Below, piece by piece: positions 12,901 through 25,473 of a DNA stretch of 64,000 bases (its first letter is position 1; each line of letters begins with the position of its first letter). The stretch is taken from NCBI GenBank assembly GCA_008632985.1, contig QPGO01000016.1, forward strand, positions 158,840 through 222,839, read 5' to 3'. The notes beneath the pieces were generated by a model. The model ran no database searches. It saw only the letters and a list, made by a program, of their open reading frames with translations, and was not told the DNA's origin. Position numbers and translations under genes: made by a program. The DNA comes from Psammoneis japonica (taxonomy: Eukaryota).

Positions 12901-15900
12901 TGTCAGCGGAGTGAATTTCAATGTCGATCTCGTCATTGTACGCCCGAAGGTGTGGCTCTCCATCAGCAGTAAAATGCCATTCAATGGCATGAAATGAGCA
13001 CTTTGGGAGCTCCAGCTCATGTCCTGCCGCATCCAAGAGGTCGCACCACAGCTGATCATCTTGCTGCATTTTAGGAACTGGGTCCAGCGCATCTGGTTGT
13101 GGGTCAGCACAGAAGGTGTTCACTTGATTCAAAGTGTCATCAACACACCCTCTGGCACACATCCGCATTGAAGCTGTCCTGTCGGGAGTTTCAAAGTGAG
13201 CCCCATGAGCTTGGCTGTCAAATGGCCAAAACAAGCTGTTGCAAATTTGATTCCAATAAAAGGGAGAATTTCCGCTGCCCTGGCCAGTGCCACAGACAGG
13301 GAACTCATCCGAATGGGAGTGAGATGAAGTTGAGAGACCAAGAACTGTCTTTAACCAGCATCTTGCGTCATGTAAAGCAGCGTTCGCCGTCTGAGTTGCT
13401 GATTTGGGCAGCATGCCGTTGCTGCGGCTTTCGAGTGCTGTTAAAGCAGGAATGTTGCGATCACAACATGAGGCACAATCTCCATCACTGTGAATTGCTG
13501 TTTTCCGGGAAACTCTGCTGATCTCGAGCATCAGTTCCTCAAGGCACACCGGAGCATGAGCATTCAAAAAGGGACGCGTCCCGCAGATGCCTGGATTGCA
13601 CAGACGACGGTGTTCCATGTTCTGCGCCAAGACTCTCCATTTCACGCTGGACGTCAATTGAAAATCTGCCTCGCAGACATGGATGACTCGGAGACAATGT
13701 GTCTTGTTGTTTCCCGGCTCTTTGAAAATCATGACGTTGACAATGTCCTTCCACCTGTTGAACGAGCACCCCCAACGTAGAGCACAGTTTAACAAATTCA
13801 AGCGAGTCCCAATCAGCCGCTGTTGAATGTCATTCAAATGCTGACACTCGGACGTGAGATCGCCTTTGGGGGTGGTGGAGCTTGAACAAGAATGAGCTGC
13901 GCCATTGCTTTCCAGTGTCCCAAATGAAGGCCCGAGAACATAGAAGTGGATGCAGTTTCCTTCCACACCTTGAGTTTCCCTTTAAGATCCGATTCAGTCA
14001 GGAAGTCAGACACCAACGCTGGTGACCGTCATCGAAGATGTTGAACGAAGAGAGCAGTGGCGCTGTTGAGAGAGGAAGTGTCACATTCTCCGTCTAAGAT
14101 CAGGTCAGCCACAACCGTGTCACCTTCGCACCCGAGATCCACGAACAGGGGAGGAACGGCAGGAGGTGCGCCATGTGCTTGTCCAAAGTGTCGCTGATTC
14201 CGAGAACACAATGCTGCTGAAACGTCGTCTGGGATGTCAGTCGTGATCCAATCTTTGCACTCTTTAGGACTGGCAGCCGGGTTGCGAGGGACCTGCATGC
14301 CATTGACTCCTGCACCATGTTTTGCTTTGCACACGTTGATCTTGCAAAACAACCGGGCGGTTTCTTCTGACTTCTGCACGTTCCGAATGATTTTAGCTGA
14401 TTTGCGGGCGGCCGCTGTCCCATCTAGGTCCAATTTGGCAAGCTTCTCTGCCAGTTCCCGTTCACGTTGCTCGATGCTCTCCTTTGCAACTGCCTTGCAT
14501 TCGGCCTGTGCCTTGCGCAAGGCAACCTGACATTCATGAAATGTCATTGGAATGGAGAATGAGCCCATCAGCTTTGAACGCACCTGCTGGATCTGGGCGA
14601 CGTGATCAAAACGGTTCCTCATCATGGAAAGAACACAAGTGAGGATGTGTGCTCTGCAGCGGAGATCTGCCAACTTGACCGACCAGTCGGGTTCACGGTG
14701 GGATCGACACTTTTTCGCGGATGCTGGGGAGAACTGAAGAAGATCTTGGTCCAAGCGTTTGGCCAATTCGTGATTCAGAGCATCAGACTCTGTCAGCTGG
14801 GTGGATCGTTCCAAGACAGAACGGCTCTCAAGCATGGGACCAATGGCGGTTGAGTGCAAGGTGACCTGGGGTTTGGATGAAGCCAGATCGACGGTGGGAT
14901 TCCCGAACAGTTCCATCGTGTCAAAGTCTACAAAATGTGCCCGATGATCTGACGTGACACGGCATCCAAATGCTTCACATCTGCCTGGGCGAGCCGCAGA
15001 CAAAGCTCCTGGAGATGCTAGAACATGGCCCAGTCTTTTGGAGCCTCTTGTGCATGTTGAAAATTCGGAAACACCAAGGATTTGGAACAGGACGTCGGAC
15101 AAATTGAATCGTTGGGCAAGTGTAGCTGGGGAGTCTGTGTCCAACGAGAAGTCCGCATTGAAGTCACCAAACAAGATCACTTCTTGGTCATTCTCCGCAC
15201 GAAACTCTTGGAGCGTGCGCGACAGGTCCGCACAGAAGGCTTTGCGGGGATCAGTGGAGTTGCGACCCTGTTGATGCAGCAAATGCAATTGTTGAGCGCA
15301 GGCTGTTGTCTTCCCTGGTTGTTTTTGGTTTTTAGCGCAGACTCTGTGGCATGATGCAAACATGACTTGTCGCCCATTGCGACCATCAAACACCTGAACA
15401 GACCACCGACCTAACGGATCATGCTCCTGGGAGCGGAGTCGGGCAGAGATGGAATTGCATGAGACAAGTGCAGCACCACCCGGTTTACATTGGGTAGAAA
15501 AGGGGGTGGAACTGCACGAAAACGTGCTTCGCCCGTGGAGGAGGGACTTCAAAATCGCAGACCGACACACAGAGAGCACATCGAACTGGGTGGCATCCAG
15601 ACACATTTCTGAAATGCCAACCACGTCCGCTTGAATTTCGTTGGCAATCTGACAACAACCGTTGAGATCCCCACCACACTTGTCAAACTTGCATCCATTG
15701 GCGTTGAAGGCACAGAGTCTAGTGTGGTGTGGCAGTTTCGACTGAAGTTCATGTCCAATTGATTCATTTGTCTTGAGGCAGGAAAAATCGATCCTGCGAT
15801 CTGCCGAAGGAGCACAGTGTCTGCCGTCCAGTGTGTGTTGCCATGCAGTCGAAGGTGCAGCTGAAGAAAGCTCGCTGTTCATGGTTGGGCCTCGCTCCTC

Positions 15901-16107
15901 CAAGGAGAAGACTGGGGCTTGTAGCGATGCAAAGGGAGTGAGGCAGTTTGAAAGGAGAACCTGCAATGTCGAGAGGTGCGGCGAAAAACGTGTGCCAACG
16001 TGTGGGACTCTTGAAGTGCAGAGGCAATGTCGGGAGGACGCCTGGTCTGTTGAGGGGGAGGAGGCGGCGAAGTCCAACCCCTCGCTAAAAATCCTTCTCT
16101 TTGTCAT
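10000..16107 (-). pseudogene. LINE ORF2: AP endonuclease, reverse transcriptase, RNase H, C-terminal CCHC finger; frameshifted and hypermutated
   Basis: APE: FNANG, GISE, ILFGDFNA, SDHR. RT: KEPGN, LRVIHVCEADF, SCCDR, GTGQGSGNSP, GCVDD. RNase H: GSDGSV, CCDNSSLV, WIKSHQD, NVRAD. Finger: CTHC..EDRDHMLRC. Confidence 0.9.
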
Positions 16108-17477
16108 GATGGTCGCCAGACCTTTCTGGTGTTTCGTTGTTGTTGGGACGTTTCCGTGCCATGCTCTGTGTGGGTTGGCCTGCCTGCAACAGTTGGACGA
16201 TCTGATTCATCTGTGACTGCAACCCAGACAGTTGTTGCGAGTGGCGGTCCTGTGTGGCCATCATGTCATTTGTGTGTTGAGTGGTGAACGTGTTGTTCAG
16301 TGCCTCCATGTCCCGAGAATGTTGTGCACGTGTCTCAGCGAGGGCTTTGTCGTGGTTCTCTTGCATTTGGCTCACAGTCTGTTGAACTTCTGCCAGCTGT
16401 GCTGTGGCAATTGACGAGCTGGCAGTCGACTGTGTTGCCTGTGCATGAGAGTGCGGGGAAGACGTCGCGCTGCGATGTCCAGGGATGCCACAGGAAGGTG
16501 GGGAGAACTGGGAGCAATGGGTGAAAATTTGAGGAGGCACTGCTGGCTCCTTGAGAAGTTCCTCGTCCAGGGTGACCTCTTCCTTCACGTCCACGTCCAG
16601 CAAGTGGTTTTGAAGCAGGTTGTGTCGAACCTGAAGCCTGATTGTCAGTCAGTGGAGAAACGTCCGAAAATGCAAGAGATTCGAGGCTGCGAATGCCAGC
16701 CGACACAACAGATTTGCTGGTGTCGGATGATTCTTCGAGAACGCCTGACACTTGAGGAGGTTCCGAAAATGGGGGAGATGGGTGAGATTCTTTCGAAATT
16801 GAAGGGATCAAATTCACAATGCACGTTGAAACAGTGGCACGGATGGTTTCGAAGTTCCAACGGTCCACAAGAATGTTGCATCTTCCATCAACAACCGTGG
16901 ATGGAAACATTCCCTTCACTCCAGTTGATGCTTTAAGGTGATTTTCGAAGTGGAACATCATGTCCAGGGCAGTGTTCAGCAATGGCACCACGAAGGCATC
17001 TTCATTGTGACAAGCTTGCGTCTTGACAGCGTTGCAAAATGCGAGAGGGGAGATGTGACGAGTTTTCGCCATCACGACATGAGTCGGGAGTTTGTTCGAA
17101 GCGCAGAGTGGGGCCTTGCCCACAGCGCGACATTCTTCGCGCAATGCTTCAATGGCAAAGGTGGCTGTTCGAAGCGGGGTGGCAAGTCCATCATTGTCGG
17201 CACAAATCGAAGCAGGTGCCAACCGAAATTGTGGCATTTTAGTGCGGAAGCTTCCAAGGTCACTGATGAATGATTTGGCAGCTTCGTCAACCGGAGCATG
17301 TTTGGTGGAAGTGGCAATGCAATGTGCTGGAGTGGCCGTGTCGATGTCAGACTCGTTCCAGAAATGACGTTTCACACCCATGTTGTTGGAGTCCAAAATG
17401 CTCTGGACATGTGGATGGGAACGCATTTCGCGCAGTGGAGTCTCAGTGAGCACACGGTGACATGGGCAATGAGTTGC

Positions 17478-17700
17478 CAAGCAAATCCAGCTGCCGAGTG
17501 GCTCAGCCACTCACAGCACTGGCATGATGACAACCCAACGATCCAAAGATGCTCTTGTGCCTGCCACAACTGCTCGCAACAAGTGAGCGCCATTGGAGGG
17601 AAAGACAACGCTTCCCTCCGACAACACGTCACAACGGTTGACTCAGCACCAGCCGTCACCAACAGCACTCTAACTAAATCCGATGCATCGGATTTCTTTC
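17478..17700 (-). repeat. 3' LTR of the Copia element
   Basis: Gap-free alignment to 24448-24670. Confidence 0.92.
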
Positions 17701-17870
17701 GGTCCCCTTGAAATGTTTCTAACAAGCCAAGGGCGTGCTTGACAGACACAATTCAACCAATGCAATCAACCACATTGACACTCCGTGCTGGCCATGGTGT
17801 AAACCCTCACTGGGGAAGAAAATCACCACCGACCCGATTCCCAAAAATCCAAACCCCATTTGCCGCCAAT

Positions 17871-20800
17871 TCAACAAGTGAACTTGTCCAACAGGAAATT
17901 GCGACGAATCGAAGTCATGACCTTCGTGAACAAATCCGCGAGGTTAGTTTCCGCATCCTCCTTTGCCAAGCGAACAGTCCCCGCAGCAACAGCTTCCCCA
18001 TTGCGATGGCATGCAATGGAATGATGCTTCTTCTTGAGAGCAGACTCCGGGATGGAGCAATTCTTGTGCACTGCTTCATTGTCACAGAACACGTTCGTAG
18101 AACCTTCAACAGGAACTCCAAACATTCGAAGCTTGCACCTCAGACCTTCAACAAGTTCCACCGCGACCTTGAGTGCCACGATCTCGGCGCCAAAAGCACC
18201 AGTCTCCGCAGTGTTCTGTCTCTTCGAATGCCAGATTGTGGGTGCTTGGCACAGGAACATCAGAGCACCTGTGTGACTGCGGTGAGTTGAAACGTCACCA
18301 GCATGGTTGGCATCCACGAAACAATGAGTGGACACAACGTTGCCTCGAGGTGGTGGCATGTTGGGGGGAATCGCATCTTGCGCGTCTCGGCAGAAGTCGA
18401 ACCAATCGCACTCATTGAACCTAGACTCGTCGATGACCGGATGCGCAGGATCGAACGCCACCCGACGCTTTGGGACCTGTTTGAGGCATGCAAAGACATG
18501 CAATGCCTGTTCCAAGTGACCAATGCGCGGCAAGGCAAGGTGAGCCGACATGTTTGACACTTCCAAAATGACATCGACCCTGCCCAATTCCACGGCCCAA
18601 ATCAAAACGCCAATCAGCTCTTGGCAGCAGTTGAGGCCTTCTGCATCCAGTTCGCCCGAAGCATCCAACTCCGGCTTGCATCCGCTGCTCAAAGGTGTGC
18701 ATGCTTTGCTCGGCAGCCGTTTTCCTTCCTTGGCCAATTTGTCCTCAACGTTCCGGACCGCCGCCTTGCAGTGTTCTTCTGCTGACATCGTCCAGCAGGC
18801 AGTGCCGTCAGCAAGGTCCATCTTCGACAATTTGGTGCCCAAGTGGGATTCGGGTTCCACTGCTTTATCGTCTTTGAGCTTGAACTTCGACTTGATGCCA
18901 TCCACAGTCTTCATCGGCTCATGACTGATCGACAGCAAGTCGTTGACGCACACCAAGATGTGCCCGCAGTGCTCGAATCCGTCTGGCTTCACTGCAGGCC
19001 TCATCCAAACGTCGGGATCAGCCTTGCCAGGCTTGTGTCCTAGATCATAAAGCGTCTCCACCAGGAAGGCCCTGAATGCCGCGCCGGAGCTCTTCAATCC
19101 GTAGAGTGCCCTGACTGCAATCATAATCTCACCACGTTCCGTGCCAAACTCTTCACCGGCACGAGTCCAAATTTTCTCTCGGCACGGCGCTGTCAAGCAG
19201 GCATTCTGGATGTCGCAGGCAAAGACTTGCAAGTCATTGGGCGCTGCAAGTGTAAGAGCAATCCTCACCGAATCCCTGGAAACAACTGAGGAGCAGGTGA
19301 TGGCAGTTGGGGTGTCGGTCATGTGACCACCCGCAACCATCCTGCTCTTGTGCCGAAAGTTCTCTCCCAACTTGATGTCAAAAATCATGTGACAGTCGAT
19401 TTGTTGGCACCCAGGAGGCAGTTCCGTTTCGTCCCCCTCGAACTTGTCGAACGCAACTCAAACATTCTTCATTTTTTTGCCACAAGGTGTTGCCGTTCGC
19501 ACGATCGAGCTCCAGTGCCTCCTTCACAGTCTTGGGAATTCGTGTGCCAAATTTGTGGGTTCTCAACCAATGCTTCGACTTAACCTTCGCAATGGAACGC
19601 TTGCGGGTCCTCATTGTGTGCGGAGCCCACCAAGCAAACGCCGGCTCCTTTGAGATCTTGCGTTGGATGGCGAACTCGGCGACCTGGACAGGGAATCCTT
19701 CCTTCGCGTCCTTCAGGTCAACCCAAGCAGTGCTGCCATCCTTCCATTGGAACAAGAGTTCCCATCCTTTCGTGGTCCTGCGTCGCCTCTTGTTGCCTTG
19801 CTCAGTTTCAAAGAAATCGGATTCCGGGACGTCCCCATTCGTGCGGAAGTCCACAATCTCGTCGAACAGAACATGCCGATTTCCGTCCTCGTCAATCTGT
19901 GCGAACATGTTCATGGCAACAGAGTTAGCTGAGAGTGCTGCAGTGTGACCATCGGGACACTCTGCCTGACACATTCGAGCATCTAGGATTGGGTTGTCGT
20001 TGGCTGTCCCAATGGGAATGCCACTCGCATCCCTCAACCTCTTCGTCACGTGCGCGAACTCGGGACAATCATCATCTCTCGGCAAAGCCAATTCCACATT
20101 GAGACAACCCCAATCCACCGCTTCCGGGGAGGCTTCCTTGTCTTTCTTGTCATCGTCCTTGTTTGACACATCTTCAGAACTGATGACGCGATCGCACTCG
20201 TCGAGGAATTCATCGTCATACCCAAGACAGTCCTTCCAGTCTTCGGGGCTGATCCTGCGCTCTTTGTCTTTGGGAAAATCTTGGTCACGAAGTCTGTGCT
20301 GGATCTCCTCGTCAAAAGCCTTGAACCAATCTTGATTCTCTTGAGTGCCAGCTTCCAAGTTGGTGACTCGCTGAACAGATGTCCGCGATGTGACANNNNN
20401 NNNNNNNNNNNNNNNNNNNNNNNNNNNNNNNNNNNNNNNNNNNNNNNNNNNNNNNNNNNNNNNNNNNNNNNNNNNNNNNNNNNNNNNNNNNNNNNNNNNN
20501 NNNNNNNNNNNNNNNNNNNNNNNNNNNNNNNNNNNNNNNNNNNNNNNNNNNNNNNNNNNNNNNNNNNNNNNNNNNNNNNNNNNNNNNNNNNNNNNNNNNN
20601 NNNNNNNNNNNNNNNNNNNNNNNNNNNNNNNNNNNNNNNNNNNNNNNNNNNNNNNNNNNNNNNNNNNNNNNNNNNNNNNNNNNNNNNNNNNNNNNNNNNN
20701 NNNNNNNNNNNNNNNNNNNNNNNNNNNNNNNNNNNNNNNNNNNNNNNNNNNNNNNNNNNNNNNNNNNNNNNNNNNNNNNNNNNNNNNNNNNNNNNNNNNN

Positions 20801-21945
20801 NNNNNNNNNNNNNNNNNNNNNNNNNNNNNNNNNNNNNNNNNNNNNNNNNNNNNNNNNNNNNNNNNNNNNNNNNNNNNNNNNNNNNNNNNNNNNNNNNNNN
20901 NNNNNNNNNNNNNNNNNNNNNNNNNNNNNNNNNNNNNNNNNNNNNNNNNNNNNNNNNNNNNNNNNNNNNNNNNNNNNNNNNNNNCCACTTTGCCGTCGAC
21001 CGCATCAGTCGCCCACTCGCCTCGAAGTTTCGGCTTCGTGAACATCCGATCCGCTCGACAACGCCTGGCCAGGGGCACAAGCGCCGATCTCACTAGCTTC
21101 TGGGTGGTCTTCTTCAATGTTGATGCCGCTTGTTTCAATCCAATGCCCCAGCGCTCGCTCAAGTCAACAGCGGTGACAGAACTGTGCCATTCCTTGGACA
21201 TGAAAGTCTTCGGGGATGGTGTGTCTTCGAGTTCCGAGCCGATTGTCTCAGTGGCCGCGATCTGAACATCCGCTTCCACCTGGACCAATGCTGTCAATCT
21301 TGATTGAACTTGGTCCACACCGCAGACAAGTCTCCCATCACAACAGTCCCCAGACTGAGGGTTGCTGCAATCAGGATCCTGACTGAACGCGCAGCTGGGG
21401 CTTGACCGAACACTTGCGACCGACCAAATCAACTCCATTTCCTCCTCCACAGAACGTCGAGGTCTGGGCTGCTTAAACTTGATGTTGTGTGGATCCCAAG
21501 GTTGTTGGGAGGTCAGCTGGATGTGTGGGCACTCTTGGAGCTCCCTGTCAGTGGGGGTCCGAGCAGCCGCAACGACACTGGCTCCCATCAACTCAAGAGG
21601 TAGCATGAATCCCTTGTCCTCCATAAGGACATGCAACGGTGACTCGGAACAGGGGTTGTCCTGAACCGTGATGCTGAAATGCCTCATCTGATTCGGGTTG
21701 AGGAGGGAATTCTCCATGGAATCTGCCATCCAAAGCCCCTCATGGAATGCCAGGATGCGCGTTGCTCCCGTCGCCGGTGAGGTCCACGCAGTGGCCACCG
21801 ATGCGATTGGGACACTCTTGATGGCTTCGTGTCCCTCGTTGTAAGGCGATGCGTCGCATTCTCTTCCAGTGCAACCCAAGAGGGTAAAGTTCGAACCAAA
21901 AACAGTGGTGTCAGCATGTGAGTCCAACTCTAGTCGTCCATGCTT
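17871..21945 (-). pseudogene. Copia pol (protease, integrase partly in the gap, RT, RNase H); hypermutated
   Basis: ELDSHADT protease motif, QWKDGSTAWVDLKD, MIFDIK, KSRMVAGGH, RALYGLKSSGAAF, ILVCVND, FVDANHAG, FCDNEAV, NLADLFTK. Confidence 0.95.
20396..20984. other. Assembly gap (589 N) in the integrase region
   Basis: Run of N. Confidence 1.
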
Positions 21946-22158
21946 TACCTGATCGTCTGTTCGGACGTGAGTGGCACGCGTGTTTGTCCGTGCCGCAGAG
22001 ACTCGTCATGTGGAAGCAGCAATTTCACAAATGCAACGACAGTCCCCATGAACCAACGTTTCTTTCGAACGATGCGGCTGGCCCCCGCCCCAATGAAGCA
22101 GCCACAATGCAAACTGGATGAGGCTACAAAGCAGGGTCCAGCTTGGGAGTCAGCTGTG

Positions 22159-24142
22159 TCACTGACGCTCCTGGCGTCCCCCAAATGCATCTCCGGCATT
22201 GTTGCCGCCTTGACCGCCAGTTCCTGCACCAACGTTTCCGGAATCGGTGCCGGCAGTGGTCTCCAAGGAAGAAATGGTGCGGTTCGCTTGCTCAAGCTGG
22301 GACGTCAGCTTCCGATTCTTCTTTTTAAGCGATCTGACGGATGCAGCGCGGCGCTTCGGGTTACCCGGCCTCTTCTTGAGTCCTAAACGCACATGCTCGT
22401 CCATGAGACGTGTTCCAGTCCCAGGTGACACACAAAACGACAATTCGATTTCGAATATAAATTATTTATCTATAAGTGTATGAAGCATTTTCATATAAAA
22501 TACTTAAGCGGATTGGCTTTTATAGGCGTCTAGAGTATGAATAATTATGAAGAATTAAATACTTTTTTGTGGGGTATCGATGTCCTCATGGGATATGCAT
22601 CATAAACTTCCTCAGTAGACTCAATACTGATTGTACGTCTGTACTCTTTATACGGAAATTTCTTTGTAAGTAGAAACTATACTGAAAAGCTTCGTAAAAA
22701 GATATATTTAGTTAACATCCAAATAACGGCAATAATTTCGTCGAAAATCATCCGTTGTGTTACGATTCGTTTATCGCAATGAAAAACATTGATGGCACAA
22801 TAACAATGATTTTGCAACACTCACACGAGTCTTGTCAGTGTTGCAAAACATTAGAATTTGAATAAATCTATACTTTTGGTGGTGAAAAACCGTTCGTAAG
22901 TCAGAGACCGCGCAAAAATCGCGCAAATGTCGTTTTTGTGCACGATTTGGGTCACGTGCGGCTGGAACACGTCATGACCTTCTTCTTGTCTTCCTTGCTC
23001 AATTGATGCCAATTTTTATGAAATCCGGTGTCAATGGACCCATCTTCTTTGTAAATGGAATCACCTTCCTTGCTGACGCCGGACGCAACAGAGGAAATCG
23101 CACGACGGCGCGCAACTGTTTCCGGGAGGGTGGCGACTTTAGTGGCAAGATGGTTGCACGCTGCAGTAAAACCAATCCCTCCTCCAAACTCATTCTGTGC
23201 CTTCAGGGTCTCTGCTGCGTTCTGCAACTGCTGGTGTTGCACCTTGTCGAACAGCAATCGCAGCTTCTGAGCCTCCGTCTTGGGTTCATCATTCTCTTCG
23301 AAAATGTCGAACATCTCCTGAAGCTTGTTCACGAATGTTTCGAACATCATGGAGCGTTCACTCCTGCAGTGCAGAGTGTTTTCCAAACGCTCAGCTTCCG
23401 AGATACGACGGGTGGCACCACCCTCGCCCTGACAGTGGTTCTCCAAAGATTCGCAGCAGAGACGACCGTTCTGGCTGTTGCGGTGCTCTTTGATCCACTG
23501 CTCGCTTGGGGTGCCTTTCGTGAACAAAACGATCAGCTGGCTGACGGCACGAGAATCAGCTTCGAAAGCTGGACCCTTGAGTGGAGCGCATGCAACCAAC
23601 TTCTGCACAAAAGTCTCATGCCCTTCAGGCTCGGGCTCCTCGTTCTCGCGCATGACATGAATCAACGGAATGCCGTCGACTCCCAGCATCGTGCCAAGCA
23701 TGTTCTTGAAAGCGGTGCTCCATTTTGCCCAGACCTTTTCGCTCTCCAAGAGTCCAGGGGATGCCTCACGAGCAATGGACTCGGATTGATCCCTCATCTG
23801 GCTGCGAATGTTGGCCCTCGACAATGCAGCAGACAGCGCATCGAGAAAACGCGCCTGATCCAAACCGTCGATGGTGGGATTTTCACCAACGCGTTGGAAG
23901 TCATGTGCCCAATGAACAAGGGACTTGAGGTGACGGGTGCGAGCCAATCCAAAGTGGAAACGCCCCTCAGCAGCAGTCCTCCTCGAGCAAGACTGCGCGA
24001 GCGCATCGATGTCTGATTCCCTCACATCGACAACATCGTCAAATGCAGCGACATCAGTCACAATCGCGTCACGCTGAGCAGGTGACTGGAAGCCGATCCA
24101 AGCAAGGGCCGTTTCCATCGGGTTCGGGGGGTTTGCCGCCAT
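22159..24142 (-). pseudogene. Copia gag, interrupted by MITE copy A
   Basis: ORF 22952-24142 (GVDGIPLIHVMR, APLKGPAFEAD, FTAACNHL) rejoins as KKKVM|DEHVRLGLKK and ends with the CoDi-type NAGDAFGGR motif. Confidence 0.88.
22407..22973. mobile_element. 567-bp MITE, copy A (interior retains TA)
   Basis: TIR GACGTGTTCCAG / CTGGAACACGTC (20 of 23 matched when extended); 4-bp TSD ATGA. Confidence 0.93.
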
Positions 24143-24447
24143 GGTGAAACTTGAGTCATTGTGGCATCACAAGACAAAGCAGTTGTGTTGGAAGCAGTGC
24201 ATCAAAACTTTGACGTTCACAAAATCGCGTTGACGACACGCGCAGGCCTTGAGAGTGCGGAGATGTGGCCTTGTCTCCCACTGCTTTGCGCATGCACTGA
24301 TGCGAAGGCATCACTCAACGGTGAACACCCTCAGGTCAGTCGGCATTCATCGTCAAAACTGTGCCATCATGACACAACCGTCACAATCACGTTGTTCATC
24401 GTTTTTCATCGCCAAACCGCGGAGTGCGGACTGTGGCTCTGACAAAG

Positions 24448-24670
24448 CAAGTGAATCCAGCTGCCGAGTGGCTCAGCTGCTCACAGCACTGGCATGACAA
24501 CAATCCAACAATCCAAAGATGCTCTCATGCCTGTTGCAACTGCTCGTAACAAGTGAGTGCCATTGGAGGGAAAGACAACGCTTCCCTCCGACAACACATC
24601 ACAACGGTTGACTCAGCACCAGCCGTTGCCAACAGTGCTCTAACTAAATCCGATGCATCGGATTTCTTTC
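24448..24670 (-). repeat. 5' LTR of the Copia element
   Basis: Gap-free alignment to 17478-17700. Confidence 0.92.
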
Positions 24671-24907
24671 GTTGCTGGGCATTTGTCACCGCCGCGATTC
24701 GTCGTGATGACAAAGTGTTGCTCGTGTTGGAGGGAAGTGATCCATTCTGCCACGTTGACATTTGCAATGCGATTGTTGTGGTTGTCAAGAATCTGAACGT
24801 CTTTGTGGCAGGCAAACAAAATTTGCTGCAGGACTTGCAAATGGGCGGTGGCAAGAGTCGTGGGCTTGCACAACGATTCTTCACCACGAGTTTCAAATCG
24901 GAGGGTG

Positions 24908-25473
24908 GACGTGTTCCAGTCCCAGGTGACACACAAAACGACAATCGATTTTGAACACAAATCATGCATCCATTAGTGCATGCAGCATTTTCATGTAAAA
25001 CACTTGAGCGGATTGGCTTTTGTGGGCGTCTGGAGCATCAACAATTGTGAAGAATTAAATGGTTTTTTGTGGGGTGTCAAATTCCTCATGGGATGTGCAT
25101 CATAAACTTCCTCAGTGGACTCAATGCTGATTGCACCACCGCACTCTTCATAAAGAAATTTCTTTGTAAGTGGAAAATGCACCAAAATGCATCGTAGAAA
25201 GATGTGCTTGTTTGACATCCAAACGACGGCAACAATTTCGCCGAAAATCATCCGCTGTGTTGCGATTTGTTTGTCGCGATGAAAAACATTGATGGCACAA
25301 TGACAATGATTTTGCAGCACTCACACGAGTCTTGCCAGTGTTGCAAAACATTAGAATTTGGACAAATCTACACTTTTGGTGGTGAAAAACCGTTCGCAAG
25401 TCAGAGACCGCGCAAAAATCGCGCAAATGTCGTTTTTGTGCACGATTTGGGTCACGTGCGGCTGGAACACGTC
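24908..25473. mobile_element. 566-bp MITE, copy B (TA-depleted), inserted in LINE ORF1
   Basis: Same TIRs as copy A; 4-bp TSD GGTG; colinear with copy A. Confidence 0.93.

Larger units (their letters stand above)
17478..24670 (-). mobile_element. Ty1/Copia LTR retrotransposon (diatom CoDi-like) inserted in LINE ORF1
   Basis: 223-bp direct repeats; 5-bp TSD GTTGC at 17473-17477 and 24671-24675; gag then PR-IN-RT-RH order; PPT-like AAGGGGACC next to the 3' LTR; PBS-like TGTCAGAGCC next to the 5' LTR. Confidence 0.95.

Noticed and set aside
9916..24670. Alternative genetic code (TGY/CAY read as Tyr) as the explanation for missing Tyr
   Set aside because: Neighbouring genes use TAY normally, and non-coding LTRs and MITEs show the same change.
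17478..24670. ADAR-type RNA editing or RT error as the cause
   Set aside because: Both A->G and T->C occur on one strand, the LTRs differ reciprocally, and DNA-type MITEs are affected.
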